From assembly GCA_019058245.1 (NCBI GenBank), contig JAHPZJ010000015.1:32001-96000 (forward strand): 64,000 bases of DNA, given 5' to 3'. Source of the stretch: Promethearchaeota archaeon. Its GTDB lineage: Archaea; Asgardarchaeota; Lokiarchaeia; Sigyniarchaeales; SOKP01. Position 1 is the first letter of the stretch. Every line of letters starts with the position of its first letter. Under the pieces are notes generated by a model, which was not told where the DNA came from, searched no databases, and saw nothing but the letters and a program-made list of their open reading frames with translations. This document shows, piece after piece, positions 40,758 through 51,825 of this stretch. The position numbers and the translations under genes are program-made.

Positions 40758-40955
40758 AGTTCAAAACCTTTTATTTTATAAATTTTCTCAATAACTTTTA
40801 TTAAATTTATTTAAAATCTATGAAGACAATTTTATTTTAAACATTTATCTTAAATAATAAAATAAAAAAAGAAATTCCAAATACACTAAAATATAAGATG
40901 ATAAGTTCAAATTATTGTTAGGTTATATTTTAAATCTTTTTTATTTCCTACAATT

Positions 40956-41984
40956 TTAAGATTTATTTTCAGAAGCTTCTTTTTCTTTTAATTGTCTTTC
41001 TAATTCTTTTTTTTCTACTTCAAGTTTTTCGATCTTTCTATCCTTTAACTCGATCTTTAAGCCACTAATTGTAATTCCCTGTAAATTAAGTATCTTTTTA
41101 ATAAATATAAATGTAGCAAAGCAAATTCCAATTAAATATAGAACGTCTACAGACCAAAAATACGGATCTATCGTAATCCAAATCTCTTTTACATAAGGAA
41201 AGCTTAAGAAAGGCAAAATTACAGCAATTAACCCAATCCATATCATTCCAATTAGTAGGAATGCTTTTTCCCATAATCTAATTTGTAATCTATAAAAAAT
41301 ATATAAATGTAACCAATACAAGACACAAATAAATGTAATAGGTGTGAATAAAAATGATCCAATCGCTAAAACTAACAATAGATTAACAGCAAATTTATTA
41401 CGCCATAAATCTAAAATATCTTTAATATCCATTTGATCTTGAACTTGTGCTTTTGCATATTCCTTTCTTAATGAAAAATACTCCCTTTTTATTTTTCTAG
41501 CTATTTTTTTTGCACCTTTCTTCCAGAACGAAAACTTACTTATTTCCGCTGCTTTATGAAATTGTTCACTCGCTAGAGGAATGATATAAAGATTCAGTAA
41601 TAACGAAATTATTCCATAAATATATATTATATTATCAAACCATAACCATAAGCCCGTCTGAGTAACTGCTGCAGATTCTGTATAACTTGAAATAATTTTA
41701 TAAATAGCGTAGGCGATTAAAAGCACTGGAATGATAATTTCCAGTACGATCAAAACAATAGTGCCTCTTTTTGCCAATTTATTACTTAATTTATCCATAA
41801 GTAATAAGAAACCGTTTGAGATACTCAAGACCAAGCCAAAACCAGCTAAAAATTTCACAACCCAAAAAAAGATAAGAAATGTGAAGTTTAAAGATACATC
41901 TCCAGTAAAAAGTAACAAAAACATCAGAGCTAAAGTGATGATAATTCCAATTAAGTAAATTATTTTATATGTTTTTTCCTCCAT
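40956..41984 (-). CDS. Hypothetical multi-pass membrane protein with C-terminal coiled coil
   Basis: About 7 hydrophobic segments, charged tail. Confidence 0.6.
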   Translation of the reverse strand: MEEKTYKIIYLIGIIITLALMFLLLFTGDVSLNFTFLIFFWVVKFLAGFGLVLSISNGFLLLMDKLSNKLAKRGTIVLIVLEIIIPVLLIAYAIYKIISSYTESAAVTQTGLWLWFDNIIYIYGIISLLLNLYIIPLASEQFHKAAEISKFSFWKKGAKKIARKIKREYFSLRKEYAKAQVQDQMDIKDILDLWRNKFAVNLLLVLAIGSFLFTPITFICVLYWLHLYIFYRLQIRLWEKAFLLIGMIWIGLIAVILPFLSFPYVKEIWITIDPYFWSVDVLYLIGICFATFIFIKKILNLQGITISGLKIELKDRKIEKLEVEKKELERQLKEKEASENKS

Positions 41985-42133
41985 AAGCTATCATAAAGTT
42001 TAGAGTATATTTAATCTCTAGGCTAATTATTGATATATTAAATCCAGATTTTAAAAGTAAAATCCAAATTTTTTCTTTATAGTTATTTAAATATAATCTA
42101 AAATTATTTTAGAAATAGTTAATTCTCATACAT

Positions 42134-43006
42134 ATGGTTGATATAACCACAGCAGTAAAAGATATACAAGATAAATATAAAGTAATTGGTAGGACTGAAG
42201 AATTAAAGCAAATTGTTTTAGCACATTCAGTAAATAAAAATATTTTAATAGAAGGAGAAGTGGGAGTCGGTAAAACTAGATTAGCGAAAGCCATTGCAGA
42301 ATATTATGACACTAATTTTTATCGAGTCGATTGTAGCGAAGAATTACTACCTCATAACCTTGTTGGATATTTTGAACCACCATTAGTAATTGCAAAAGGA
42401 TATATTGAAGATTCATACAAAAATGGACCATTAGCTTTAGCTATGATGAATGGGGGTTGCTTATTCATAAATGAAATAAACCGGATGCCAGAAAGCACCC
42501 AAAATTCGTTATTAACATCATTAGACGAAGGAATACTTAAAATACCTAAATTAAAAACCATTATAGCTCATAAAGATTTCTTTGTTATCGCAACTCAAAA
42601 TCCGTCTGCGCATGTTGGAGTCACGGTATTAGGCGAAGCCTTAAAAGATCGATTCATTTGGATAAATTTGGATTATCAAAGATCTGAAGAGGAAATACTA
42701 ATTATCAAACAAGAGTCCAATTTGAACAGCGGTAATGCTGATAAAATTGCTGCACTTTCACAACAAGTCATCCAAATAACAAGAGAAAATACTTCTATCC
42801 GGAGAGGGAGTTCAATAAGAGGAGCTATTGATTTAGCTACCTTAATTAATCAATATGGTAATAGTAATAGTACTAAAAATTGGGTTGAAGCTGCTATAAT
42901 GGCACTATATAATAAAATTGAACTTGAAGATGGACTAACTCAATCAAAAAAGGAGATAATTACTAATATTGTACTAGCTGTATTGAATAAATCGGATTTT
43001 CAATAA
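42134..43006 (+). CDS. MoxR family AAA+ ATPase
   Basis: GEVGVGKT, FINEINR, ATQNP, ALKDRF. Confidence 0.9.
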   Translation: MVDITTAVKDIQDKYKVIGRTEELKQIVLAHSVNKNILIEGEVGVGKTRLAKAIAEYYDTNFYRVDCSEELLPHNLVGYFEPPLVIAKGYIEDSYKNGPLALAMMNGGCLFINEINRMPESTQNSLLTSLDEGILKIPKLKTIIAHKDFFVIATQNPSAHVGVTVLGEALKDRFIWINLDYQRSEEEILIIKQESNLNSGNADKIAALSQQVIQITRENTSIRRGSSIRGAIDLATLINQYGNSNSTKNWVEAAIMALYNKIELEDGLTQSKKEIITNIVLAVLNKSDFQ

Positions 43007-44115
43007 TCGATGATTTCTCTGAGGAAGTATCTGAAGAGATTGAGAAAAGACTGCATGTTAGACTAACCGAAAGTAAACCAGATAAAGAAATTTTAGAGTA
43101 TGAAATAATCCGTAAAAAAAGAAAAAAACCAGATTATTATAAACATCTTGCAAACACACTAGATTACAAACAAATCAAAGAATTAACATATCTTGCTATA
43201 AAACATAAAAATCTTGAAGCTCTTATGGGCTTATTAAAAGCGAACGTATATGCTTCAACAGATGCTTTAGACACTGAAGAAGGAGTACAATTTTTTTCAG
43301 AAAAAGCTGCTGAATCAGGTGATTTTATGCCAGAAGTCTATTTTTTTATTAGACGTCCGATATCAGAAAAATATAAATCAGTTTTTAGAAGATTAGCACG
43401 TCAAAGTATTTTAAAATTATCTTTAAAAATTACAAGCAGAGGAATAAGAGGTCAATTTAAAAAGACAGTTCCTTATTATCAAATGGGTATGCCTGAATTT
43501 AGCATGGATGAAACTATTCAACATAATCCGTTAAAAATTTATGAAAGAAATTTAAATTATCAAGATATATATGGAATTGAAAGAAAACGACAAAAAAGAA
43601 AAGTAGTATTGCTATTGGATACAAGTGGTAGTATGTATGGACGTTTGTTGCTTAATGCCGCACTTACAACATCAGTTTTAGCATATAACATGGAAAAAGA
43701 AGACTTTTCTATAGTTTTATTTAATTCAACTGCAATGGTCATGAAAAAAATCAATAAAAAAAGACCTATTATTTCAATAATTGATGATATTTTAGATTCT
43801 GAAGCTGTTGGCTTTACAAATATCTATATAGGATTGGAAAAAGGTCTGAAAGAATTAAGAAAAATAAGAGAAAATAGAAAAAGTCGTTTTGGTATATTAA
43901 TAACAGATGGTATTTACAATCGCGGTGAAGATCCCGTAATCCTAGCAAAAAAATATCCAAAATTACATGTTATAGGAATGCCTGCTGATAATGATGCGGA
44001 TCAAGGTATTGAGAAATGTAAAGAAATCGCTAAGGCAGGTAGGGGTAAGTTTTATGCCGTAAATGATTATAAAGAAATCCCAAGAGCTCTGATAGAACTA
44101 TTATCTCAAACTTAA
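43003..44115 (+). CDS. VWA domain protein (CoxE/ChlD-like); no canonical start before 43225 although the frame is open from 42991
   Basis: MIDAS DTSGSM, T (GFTN), ITDG; 74 extra in-frame codons (IIDDFSEEVSEEIEKR...). Confidence 0.85.
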   Translation: MIDDFSEEVSEEIEKRLHVRLTESKPDKEILEYEIIRKKRKKPDYYKHLANTLDYKQIKELTYLAIKHKNLEALMGLLKANVYASTDALDTEEGVQFFSEKAAESGDFMPEVYFFIRRPISEKYKSVFRRLARQSILKLSLKITSRGIRGQFKKTVPYYQMGMPEFSMDETIQHNPLKIYERNLNYQDIYGIERKRQKRKVVLLLDTSGSMYGRLLLNAALTTSVLAYNMEKEDFSIVLFNSTAMVMKKINKKRPIISIIDDILDSEAVGFTNIYIGLEKGLKELRKIRENRKSRFGILITDGIYNRGEDPVILAKKYPKLHVIGMPADNDADQGIEKCKEIAKAGRGKFYAVNDYKEIPRALIELLSQT

Positions 44116-44295
44116 GTTTGAATTTATAATCATATTTTCCATAAAGATATTCTTTTACACTTTTTAATAATGAAAAAGTCTTTAAAAGTAATAATTTATT
44201 AGATCTATAATTAAAATATATCTTAATTATTTAAGATTATATCACTTTTGAAAATACTCAGATAAATTATCAATATTTTTTATGGTGAACCTTTC

Positions 44296-44877
44296 ATATT
44301 TGAAGAAGATAATGGCTATAAATATATTTTTAAAGTAGTTTTAATCGGAGCAGGTGGAGTTGGAAAAACATGTATTGTTCGAAGATTATGTTATGATACG
44401 TTTACTCTGAATACTCAATTAACTGTTGGAATAGATTTTTATACATATAATTTACCGATAATAGTTGATGGTCAACAATCCAATGTAAGACTTTCAATAT
44501 GGGATTTTGGGGGACAAGCTCACTTTAAGACTCTTTTTGACTATTATATTAAGGGAGCAAATGGAATATTTTTAGTCTTTGATTTATTAAAAATGCAAAG
44601 TCTTCTTGATTTAGACTGGTGGTATGATAAGTTAATAGAAAATGCTATGATCAATCAACCTAAAATTCTTATTGGAACTAAACTTGATCTGGTAAATCAA
44701 GTGGAGCCTGGATTTGTAATTGATGAGTTATTTATTAATGAATTCATTGAAAAACATAACGAGCATGAAATCATTAAAACATCATCTAAAGATAATGTTA
44801 ACATTCGAAAAATTTTTAAAGAGATGGTTAAAAAACTATTAGATTTTCAAGAGTTTGACTATGAAAGATTACTTTAA
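44296..44877 (+). CDS. Rab-like small GTPase (copy 1), no canonical start codon
   Basis: In-frame upstream of the track ORF: YKYIFKVVLIGAGGVGKT...TVGIDF...WDFGGQ...GTKLD...TSSK; frame open from 44266, start position is a guess. Confidence 0.85.
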   Translation: MFEEDNGYKYIFKVVLIGAGGVGKTCIVRRLCYDTFTLNTQLTVGIDFYTYNLPIIVDGQQSNVRLSIWDFGGQAHFKTLFDYYIKGANGIFLVFDLLKMQSLLDLDWWYDKLIENAMINQPKILIGTKLDLVNQVEPGFVIDELFINEFIEKHNEHEIIKTSSKDNVNIRKIFKEMVKKLLDFQEFDYERLL

Positions 44878-45057
44878 TTAAATCTGTAGATCTTCAATTT
44901 GTATCAAATATCTTTATAAAATTAGATTATTATATTTTTTATAACACAATATTACTTATAGATAAAATTCTCAAAATATTAATAAATCAAATACTTTCGA
45001 GATTCATAATAAAAGTGAGGCATAATAAGTATATAAAGCTGAGAGATTGACCCAATC

Positions 45058-45642
45058 ATGATAACAAATAATAGGATAGACGATGATCCACGCTATATTT
45101 TCAAGATTTGCCTCATCGGAGATGGGGGCGTCGGAAAAACTTGCATAGCAAGAAGATTATGTTTTAATACTTTTAGTGTACATACCCAATTAACCGTAGG
45201 AATTGATTTTTATACTTATGATATCCCGATTTTCATTAGAGGAGAAGAAACTTTTTTAAGACTCTCGATATGGGATTTTGGAGGACAAGAACAATTCCGA
45301 ACACTATTCAAATATTATATCAATGGAGCAAATGGGATTTTTTTAGTTTTTGATTTAGTGAGAATGGAATCACTTGTAAAACTGGATTGGTGGTATGATA
45401 AGATAATCCAGCATGGTCTTCAATATAGTCCAAAGATTCTTGTTGGTACAAAACTCGACTTAGCTCAAGATGAAAAGCAATATAAGGTAGATAGAATTAT
45501 TGTTGAACAATTCCTTAAAAAACATGATGAAAGAGATTATGTAGAAACTTCCTCTAAAGATAACGTGAATATTCGAGATAGTTTTATAAAGATTGTTAAA
45601 ATAATTCTAAATTCTCATAGTTTTGAATATGATGAATTATGA
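45058..45642 (+). CDS. Rab-like small GTPase (copy 2)
   Basis: GDGGVGKT, TVGIDF, WDFGGQE, GTKLD, ETSSK. Confidence 0.92.
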   Translation: MITNNRIDDDPRYIFKICLIGDGGVGKTCIARRLCFNTFSVHTQLTVGIDFYTYDIPIFIRGEETFLRLSIWDFGGQEQFRTLFKYYINGANGIFLVFDLVRMESLVKLDWWYDKIIQHGLQYSPKILVGTKLDLAQDEKQYKVDRIIVEQFLKKHDERDYVETSSKDNVNIRDSFIKIVKIILNSHSFEYDEL

Positions 45643-45682
45643 TTAGAATCATATTATAAAAATAGTTGATTCAATTATATTA

Positions 45683-46225
45683 TTAAAATATTATGAACTC
45701 CTCAGGAATTTTTTGTCCATATCCCGCCTTTTTAAATTTTTGACCATTTTCAACATATAAATTCGCACCAACTTCATCTAATTTTCTTTCAGGATATTGT
45801 TTTTTTTTAATTGCTGGTATGCCAGCATAAAGACAGAAATCTTCTGTTTCATCTTTTAAAACAGAACCAGCTGCTAAAATACTACCCTTTCCTAATTTTC
45901 CTCCCTGAATAACAGAAGCATTAATTCCGACTAAGGAATTATCTCCAATTGAACAGGGACCGTGACACATACATTTGTGCCCTAATGTAGCATTTCTCCC
46001 AATTCTACATACTCCATTTACAGTTGTATGTAATACCGCATTCTCTTGAATGCTTACATTTTTATTGATAATAATCTTTCCCCAATCCCCACGAATTTTA
46101 GCTCCAAACCATATATTTGAATAAGGGCCAATTTCTACATCACCAATTATTATAACACCAGAAGCAATAAAAGCAGTATGGTGAATCCTAGGAACTTTTC
46201 CATTGAACGGACTTTTAATTATCAT
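45683..46225 (-). CDS. Gamma-carbonic anhydrase family hexapeptide-repeat protein
   Basis: IGDVEIG, IRGD, IQENAVLH, GH...H. Confidence 0.88.
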   Translation of the reverse strand: MIIKSPFNGKVPRIHHTAFIASGVIIIGDVEIGPYSNIWFGAKIRGDWGKIIINKNVSIQENAVLHTTVNGVCRIGRNATLGHKCMCHGPCSIGDNSLVGINASVIQGGKLGKGSILAAGSVLKDETEDFCLYAGIPAIKKKQYPERKLDEVGANLYVENGQKFKKAGYGQKIPEEFIIF

Positions 46226-46571
46226 CGTTTATCCATTCTAAATTAGAATATCTAAAAGTTATTACGTATTGTAGATAAACATTATGATAAGTTGATTTTC
46301 TGAAAAATTTCCTTGAAGTTAATACTTAATATCTATTTTTATATACAAACCAATTAGAGTACTCAATTATATCGTTTCTATAAATTTTATTTCCAGAATC
46401 GAAGATTTAGAGGAAAATTTATTTAGATCACATAGTCAAGCTCTTATTAAAACAAATAGATTAAGTAAATAATTTTTTTAAAAAGCATCAATATAGTATT
46501 AAATTTATAAGCTTGAATTATTATAATCACAAATTCCTCACTTTTATATTGTTATTAGATTTTGATATTTT

Positions 46572-47582
46572 ATGGTAGATAAACAAAACCATTCACAAAA
46601 TTTACATTCGATTAATAAAATAACTCAAAGATTTTATCCTAATAGGCGTATTGGGATTAAATTATCTTTTATATCATTAATCCTACTCGGAATATTACCC
46701 ATTATTTCAAATAGTCGCCCTTCAACATTGAATGCATTAAACTTTGCTTTTTATCTCTCTTTTTGGGAACTAATATGCTCTTTACCGTTATTCTTCTATG
46801 AATTGCCTCAATCTAGTGTTGGAATATTTCAAAAATCAATAGATTCAAAAATTCAAAATAAAACTCTCCTAATAATGGGAATTACAGGTATAATTTTTTC
46901 TATAGCAACATTTTTTTATGTTCTTTCTTTTGAGAAAGCTGGTACCGTCAATGCTGCAATTGCAATTCAAACTTATCCCTTATTTTCAATTTTAATGGAA
47001 TTTGTTTTATTTAAGAAAAAAAAAAGATTAAATGAGCTTATTTTCACATTAGTTTTGATGGTAGGTATTTATTATCTTGGCACAGAAGGTACTTGGTTAA
47101 TTAGTGGTTTTTCTCCTTGGCTAGCATTAGCGTTGATTGTACCTATTCTATGGAGTATAGCACATGTAATTATTAAACACACTCTTGATACCTCTCCAAT
47201 TACTCCAAATCAAGTTACTTTCATTCGGGTGCTTTTATCATCATTAATTCTTTTTGGAATATCCTCTCTTGTAAATGGTATCAATGTTGTTTTTGATGGG
47301 TTAATAAATCTTGAATTTCAAATTTTTGGATTCCTTATGGGAATTGTATATTACTTAGAACTTGTTAATTGGTTTTATGCTGTGAAGCATGTAGATGTGT
47401 CTGTAGCAAGCAGTATTACAACACCTAATCCTGTTATTACTATGATATTTGCCTTATTTATTTTAAAAGAACCTATTGAGATATATCAATTAGTTGCGAT
47501 GATAATTATATTTACCAGTCTATATGGTTTACTTTGGTTAGGAAGAGTAAATAATCATAAAAATAATAATTATAAAATATAA
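46572..47582 (+). CDS. EamA/DMT family transporter
   Basis: Ten TM segments in two repeats, PVITMIFALFILKE. Confidence 0.85.
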   Translation: MVDKQNHSQNLHSINKITQRFYPNRRIGIKLSFISLILLGILPIISNSRPSTLNALNFAFYLSFWELICSLPLFFYELPQSSVGIFQKSIDSKIQNKTLLIMGITGIIFSIATFFYVLSFEKAGTVNAAIAIQTYPLFSILMEFVLFKKKKRLNELIFTLVLMVGIYYLGTEGTWLISGFSPWLALALIVPILWSIAHVIIKHTLDTSPITPNQVTFIRVLLSSLILFGISSLVNGINVVFDGLINLEFQIFGFLMGIVYYLELVNWFYAVKHVDVSVASSITTPNPVITMIFALFILKEPIEIYQLVAMIIIFTSLYGLLWLGRVNNHKNNNYKI

Positions 47583-47744
47583 CAAACCATAAAAAAATCT
47601 AATTTCATTATCCGTTTTATAAATAAATTAGATTAATATTAAAATTCAGATAAATTGATTCAAAATAATTTATAATTATAGAAAATAAGAGATATCTTTT
47701 TTTAAAATTTTCAATTTATTAAATTATAGCAAGATACTGGTATT

Positions 47745-48689
47745 ATGGATATTTTCACTCATTCTGTTTTTGGAGCTCTATTGTATATACTTTTTTTAAA
47801 GAAAGTAACCTTTGATTTTTTCCCTATAGCAATTTTATTTTCATTCTTACCTGATTTAGATATTTTTTTAGCACCATTGAAACGAATATTCAAATCAAAT
47901 TATCTTGAACATCGTGGAGGATCTCATTCATATATAATAGGGATAATATTATCTGCTATTTTAAGCATTTTTTTCTCTGTTTTTGGAAATAAATCATTTC
48001 TTATATCTTGGTTAATAGGATCTACTTTTTATGGATTACACGTGTCAATGGATCTCCTTACTACTACAAAAATTCCATACTTATATCCTCTTTCTAAAAA
48101 AGAATATAGCTTTTATGTCGAAAAAGCAGGAAGTTCATTTACTTTTATAAATTCATTGGTTTTTCTTGTAATACTTCTAGTAATGTATCATAGTTCAGTA
48201 GGATTATCCCTATTTATGAATGTTATTAACGTTTATACATATTTTTTTCTATTCTATTATTTATATAGAATTTCATCAAAAATTTGGATAAGTTTTCATC
48301 TTAAGGATCATCAAAAATACTTTCCGGGAGTTTTACCATTTTATTTCACTATTTTTGATAAGCAAATTACTGATGAGGGATTATCATTATGTATTGAAAA
48401 AAAATCACACTTTTTATCATCCAAGGTAATATATAAAAATAAATCTGTTCTAGAATCAGAGGAAATGGAATTTTATAAAAAAGCAATTGAATTATGCAAT
48501 AAACATTATTATTTTGCGAAATGGACAGTTTTACCAATATTCTTTAGGGAGAATGGCTTATTTTCTGTGAGATTTTTCTTTTTAGAGACGATGGTGCATG
48601 GGAGGACTCATTATATACAATATAATTTTGATACATTTACTCAGCAAATAGTTAATTATAAGCAGGGTTATGGACATATTCAAAATTAA
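47745..48689 (+). CDS. Membrane metal-dependent hydrolase (YdjM/DUF457-like)
   Basis: MDIFTH, LPDLD, HRGGSHS, HVSMD. Confidence 0.85.
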   Translation: MDIFTHSVFGALLYILFLKKVTFDFFPIAILFSFLPDLDIFLAPLKRIFKSNYLEHRGGSHSYIIGIILSAILSIFFSVFGNKSFLISWLIGSTFYGLHVSMDLLTTTKIPYLYPLSKKEYSFYVEKAGSSFTFINSLVFLVILLVMYHSSVGLSLFMNVINVYTYFFLFYYLYRISSKIWISFHLKDHQKYFPGVLPFYFTIFDKQITDEGLSLCIEKKSHFLSSKVIYKNKSVLESEEMEFYKKAIELCNKHYYFAKWTVLPIFFRENGLFSVRFFFLETMVHGRTHYIQYNFDTFTQQIVNYKQGYGHIQN

Positions 48690-48702
48690 GATTTCATTAA
48701 AA

Positions 48703-50565
48703 TTAGCTTAAATGATAATTATCTAATAATTCTCGCTTTCTTGTCTTAATATCATCAAAAGTAATTTGTTGTTCAAAGAAGAAATCGAAAGGATCTTTAA
48801 GGTCTTCTAATAATTCTTTAGAGTAAAAGTGTTTATAAAGATATTTACCTTTTTCAGTTATTTTTAGAATTTTATCATTTGATTGGGATATTAAATTTTC
48901 TTCAATTAATTCTTTGATTACAGATACGATCCCTTTTTCCTTAAATAGATATAAACCAAAAGAAGCAAACTCTGTATAGACTTCTTCACCCTTCATCAAA
49001 GATTTTTGAAAATTCTCATCTAATTGTTTAACTGTAATTTCCAAATCATAATTATCAAAGTAAACAGCTAATATCCATTTAATTATGAATTCTCTAAAAT
49101 TTTCTTCATATTTCATTTGAAATTTCTCATACTCAATTTCTTCATTATGGAAAACAATTATTTCAATAAATATTTCTATCACTTCTTTAAATATCAAGAG
49201 ACATACGAATATTGCAATAATTGGATCAAAATAATAAAAAAATGGTATTCCTATTGCCGTTCCAAAACTCGATAACAGAGCACCTAACATAATACTGATA
49301 GATAAGATGATATTTATCTTAGAATCTATTGCACTTGCAATCAGAGAGGAATTTCTATTTTTTTTTCCAATGAAATTTTTCAAAATTCTTAGATATGTAT
49401 TCAAAAAAATTGAAATAATTGCTATAGTTATAATGAATATTATATTAGACTCAGGTTCAGGACCTATGATTAAAGATTGAATTGAATTAATTAGAATAGA
49501 AATAGCAGTGAATCCCATTAAGCATATTAAGATAATATTTATTAATTTTTCTTTTTTAAATCTAATGCCAATTCCAATTAAAACTACTGCTACACAGTCA
49601 AGAAAATTCTCAAAACCTTCTGCTAATAAAGACTCTGAATTAAATAATCCAATAAAAATTTTTAGAAGACTCAGAGAAAATAATCCTAGAAAGGATTTTA
49701 TCAATACGCTATTACTATTTAATATTTTTTCGTATTTTTTCGTTTGAAAATTTAATGCATTTGTCCAGATTTTTTCTTGCCGTTGACCACTTTCGTTAAG
49801 TGAGACAATATCATTTTTAATATCGGCAAAACCAAGAGCACATAGATAATAAACGCTAGATTTTGCCGTTTGATCATCAAAATAAACATTCGGTATAAAT
49901 ATATTAAACATACCATTGATTAGTTCTTTTAAATTCAGAAAACTAAGACTATTAGAATTAGTTTTCTTTAGATAATACAAAGCAGCATATTCTATTCTAT
50001 TAATAGGGAACAACTCATACTTCCTTCTATGGAAAGCAACAACTATTATTCTAATGAGAGAATTTATTGTAAGCAAAATCATAGCGATTAAAGAAAGATA
50101 AAAAAAATAAACAAATTCATCAATGATAAATGGATGTTCAGAAGTTTGAACAAAGATATATATTAAGATGAAAAAGTATACGAATGTCAAATAAAAACTA
50201 ATTAAACCTCTATATAAGCCTTTTATGTGAAACTGCTTAAAGATAATATTAAACGCATGAGTTAAGTAATGCCCTACAAAGAAAAGTGACATACAAGTTA
50301 AAGTAAAACTCCAAAGAAAACTCCCTGTCAATGAAAATTCTATTATTATTAATGATGTTGAGAGTATAAAGTATATAGGAACTAATTTTTTCGGATCTAA
50401 CTCCCAATTGAACTTATGTGTTAGAAAATGAGCAATATTTAATGCTACTGCTATTACAATTAAGAAACTCAAATAAATTGTATTATATATAATAAACTCT
50501 ATTAAAAATAGAGTGATAGATAACAAAATAAATCCAATTATGATTGCTATATACTGCCACTTCAT
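48703..50565 (-). CDS. Cation diffusion facilitator-like membrane protein with extra TM and winged-helix-like domains
   Basis: SESLLAEGFENFLD, SLIASAIDS, DPIIA CDF-like segments; LNESG and ITEKG wings. Confidence 0.6.
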   Translation of the reverse strand: MKWQYIAIIIGFILLSITLFLIEFIIYNTIYLSFLIVIAVALNIAHFLTHKFNWELDPKKLVPIYFILSTSLIIIEFSLTGSFLWSFTLTCMSLFFVGHYLTHAFNIIFKQFHIKGLYRGLISFYLTFVYFFILIYIFVQTSEHPFIIDEFVYFFYLSLIAMILLTINSLIRIIVVAFHRRKYELFPINRIEYAALYYLKKTNSNSLSFLNLKELINGMFNIFIPNVYFDDQTAKSSVYYLCALGFADIKNDIVSLNESGQRQEKIWTNALNFQTKKYEKILNSNSVLIKSFLGLFSLSLLKIFIGLFNSESLLAEGFENFLDCVAVVLIGIGIRFKKEKLINIILICLMGFTAISILINSIQSLIIGPEPESNIIFIITIAIISIFLNTYLRILKNFIGKKNRNSSLIASAIDSKINIILSISIMLGALLSSFGTAIGIPFFYYFDPIIAIFVCLLIFKEVIEIFIEIIVFHNEEIEYEKFQMKYEENFREFIIKWILAVYFDNYDLEITVKQLDENFQKSLMKGEEVYTEFASFGLYLFKEKGIVSVIKELIEENLISQSNDKILKITEKGKYLYKHFYSKELLEDLKDPFDFFFEQQITFDDIKTRKRELLDNYHLS

Positions 50566-50861
50566 ATTTTTCTGCGAAGGTAAATTTAATCTATTTTAGA
50601 TTCTATTATTGGATTATAAAATTCTTTATATTTGAAAGGATTTTTTCTTGTTCTATAAATTATATTAGTTCTAAATATAAATATTAAAAATTTAAACTCT
50701 TCTGCCTTTTTTATAATAAAAGAAACTCATTTGTTTTATTGAAGAATCTGATTTTTAGAGAGAAAATAAATTGGTAGGATCCTTAAAAAAAGATACATCT
50801 CTCTTAATTGTAAGGTTGCATGATTATCAAGAGAGAAAAACCATCTAGTTATGCTTAATAT

Positions 50862-51581
50862 TTATTTAGTCAAAAAGGAACTCATACAGTAAAAAAGATA
50901 AAATCCTAGTAATGTTACCCAAGGTAAAGCGATGAGAAACATTGTATTTGACGATAGGTAATGACACCATTTTAGAATGAAAAACTCATGCAATACTATA
51001 AAAACATGGTATATTCCATAAAATAAGGGAAATGAGGTCCATATCTCAAAAAATCGAGAATTTTTCGATATTTTAACATTTTTTATTTGCATAATATTCG
51101 TCAAAAAATCAAGTTCTGAATGCATCCTTGGAATTAATAGTGAGATAATAATAATTAGAACCTCAATTAATGGAAAAATGCTGGCGGCGATTATAAAGAA
51201 TTTATCTAAAGGCGTGTATGGAATATGATCATAAAAACACACAATCGAGAACGTATTATAATATATTAGAATCCAGAACTCAATGGAAATTCCCAAAGCA
51301 AAAAAAAACACAAGAAATTTTGAAAACAAGTCAATAGAAAGAAAATTCTTAAAAAGGAAGCAGAGTGAAATAAGCCAAAAACACAAATAAAAAAACTCAA
51401 GATAATATAGATAAACGGGTTCAAATTCATTAAAAAAAACCTTATATCCGTCAAGCCATACAAAAAAACCAACAAAAATAGCCATAAGTGGAACTGAGGC
51501 TTTCAAGATAAGAGAAAAAGAATTAAAAAATGAATGAATCTTATCTTTTTTTTTAGCTAGTTTGGTATGGATAACCTTCAC
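50862..51581 (-). CDS. Hypothetical membrane protein
   Basis: Phe-rich hydrophobic ORF. Confidence 0.4.
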   Translation of the reverse strand: MKVIHTKLAKKKDKIHSFFNSFSLILKASVPLMAIFVGFFVWLDGYKVFFNEFEPVYLYYLEFFYLCFWLISLCFLFKNFLSIDLFSKFLVFFFALGISIEFWILIYYNTFSIVCFYDHIPYTPLDKFFIIAASIFPLIEVLIIIISLLIPRMHSELDFLTNIMQIKNVKISKNSRFFEIWTSFPLFYGIYHVFIVLHEFFILKWCHYLSSNTMFLIALPWVTLLGFYLFYCMSSFLTK

Positions 51582-51825
51582 AATATATTCTAAGAAGTGT
51601 TTCTATATAAAAACAATATACACAAATTATGTAATATTCTTCAGCTATCCAAACAATACAAGTTAAATTTCTTATATCTCAAAGAGTTTGAATAATATTA
51701 TGCATTTATAACTTATTTAGTGCATGTTTGGTTTATTAATAATAATAAAAATTTATGGTCTTTAATCTTTTTAATAACTAAAAATCTTACTTTAATTATA
51801 TAAACATATTTTTGAGAAGAAAAAG

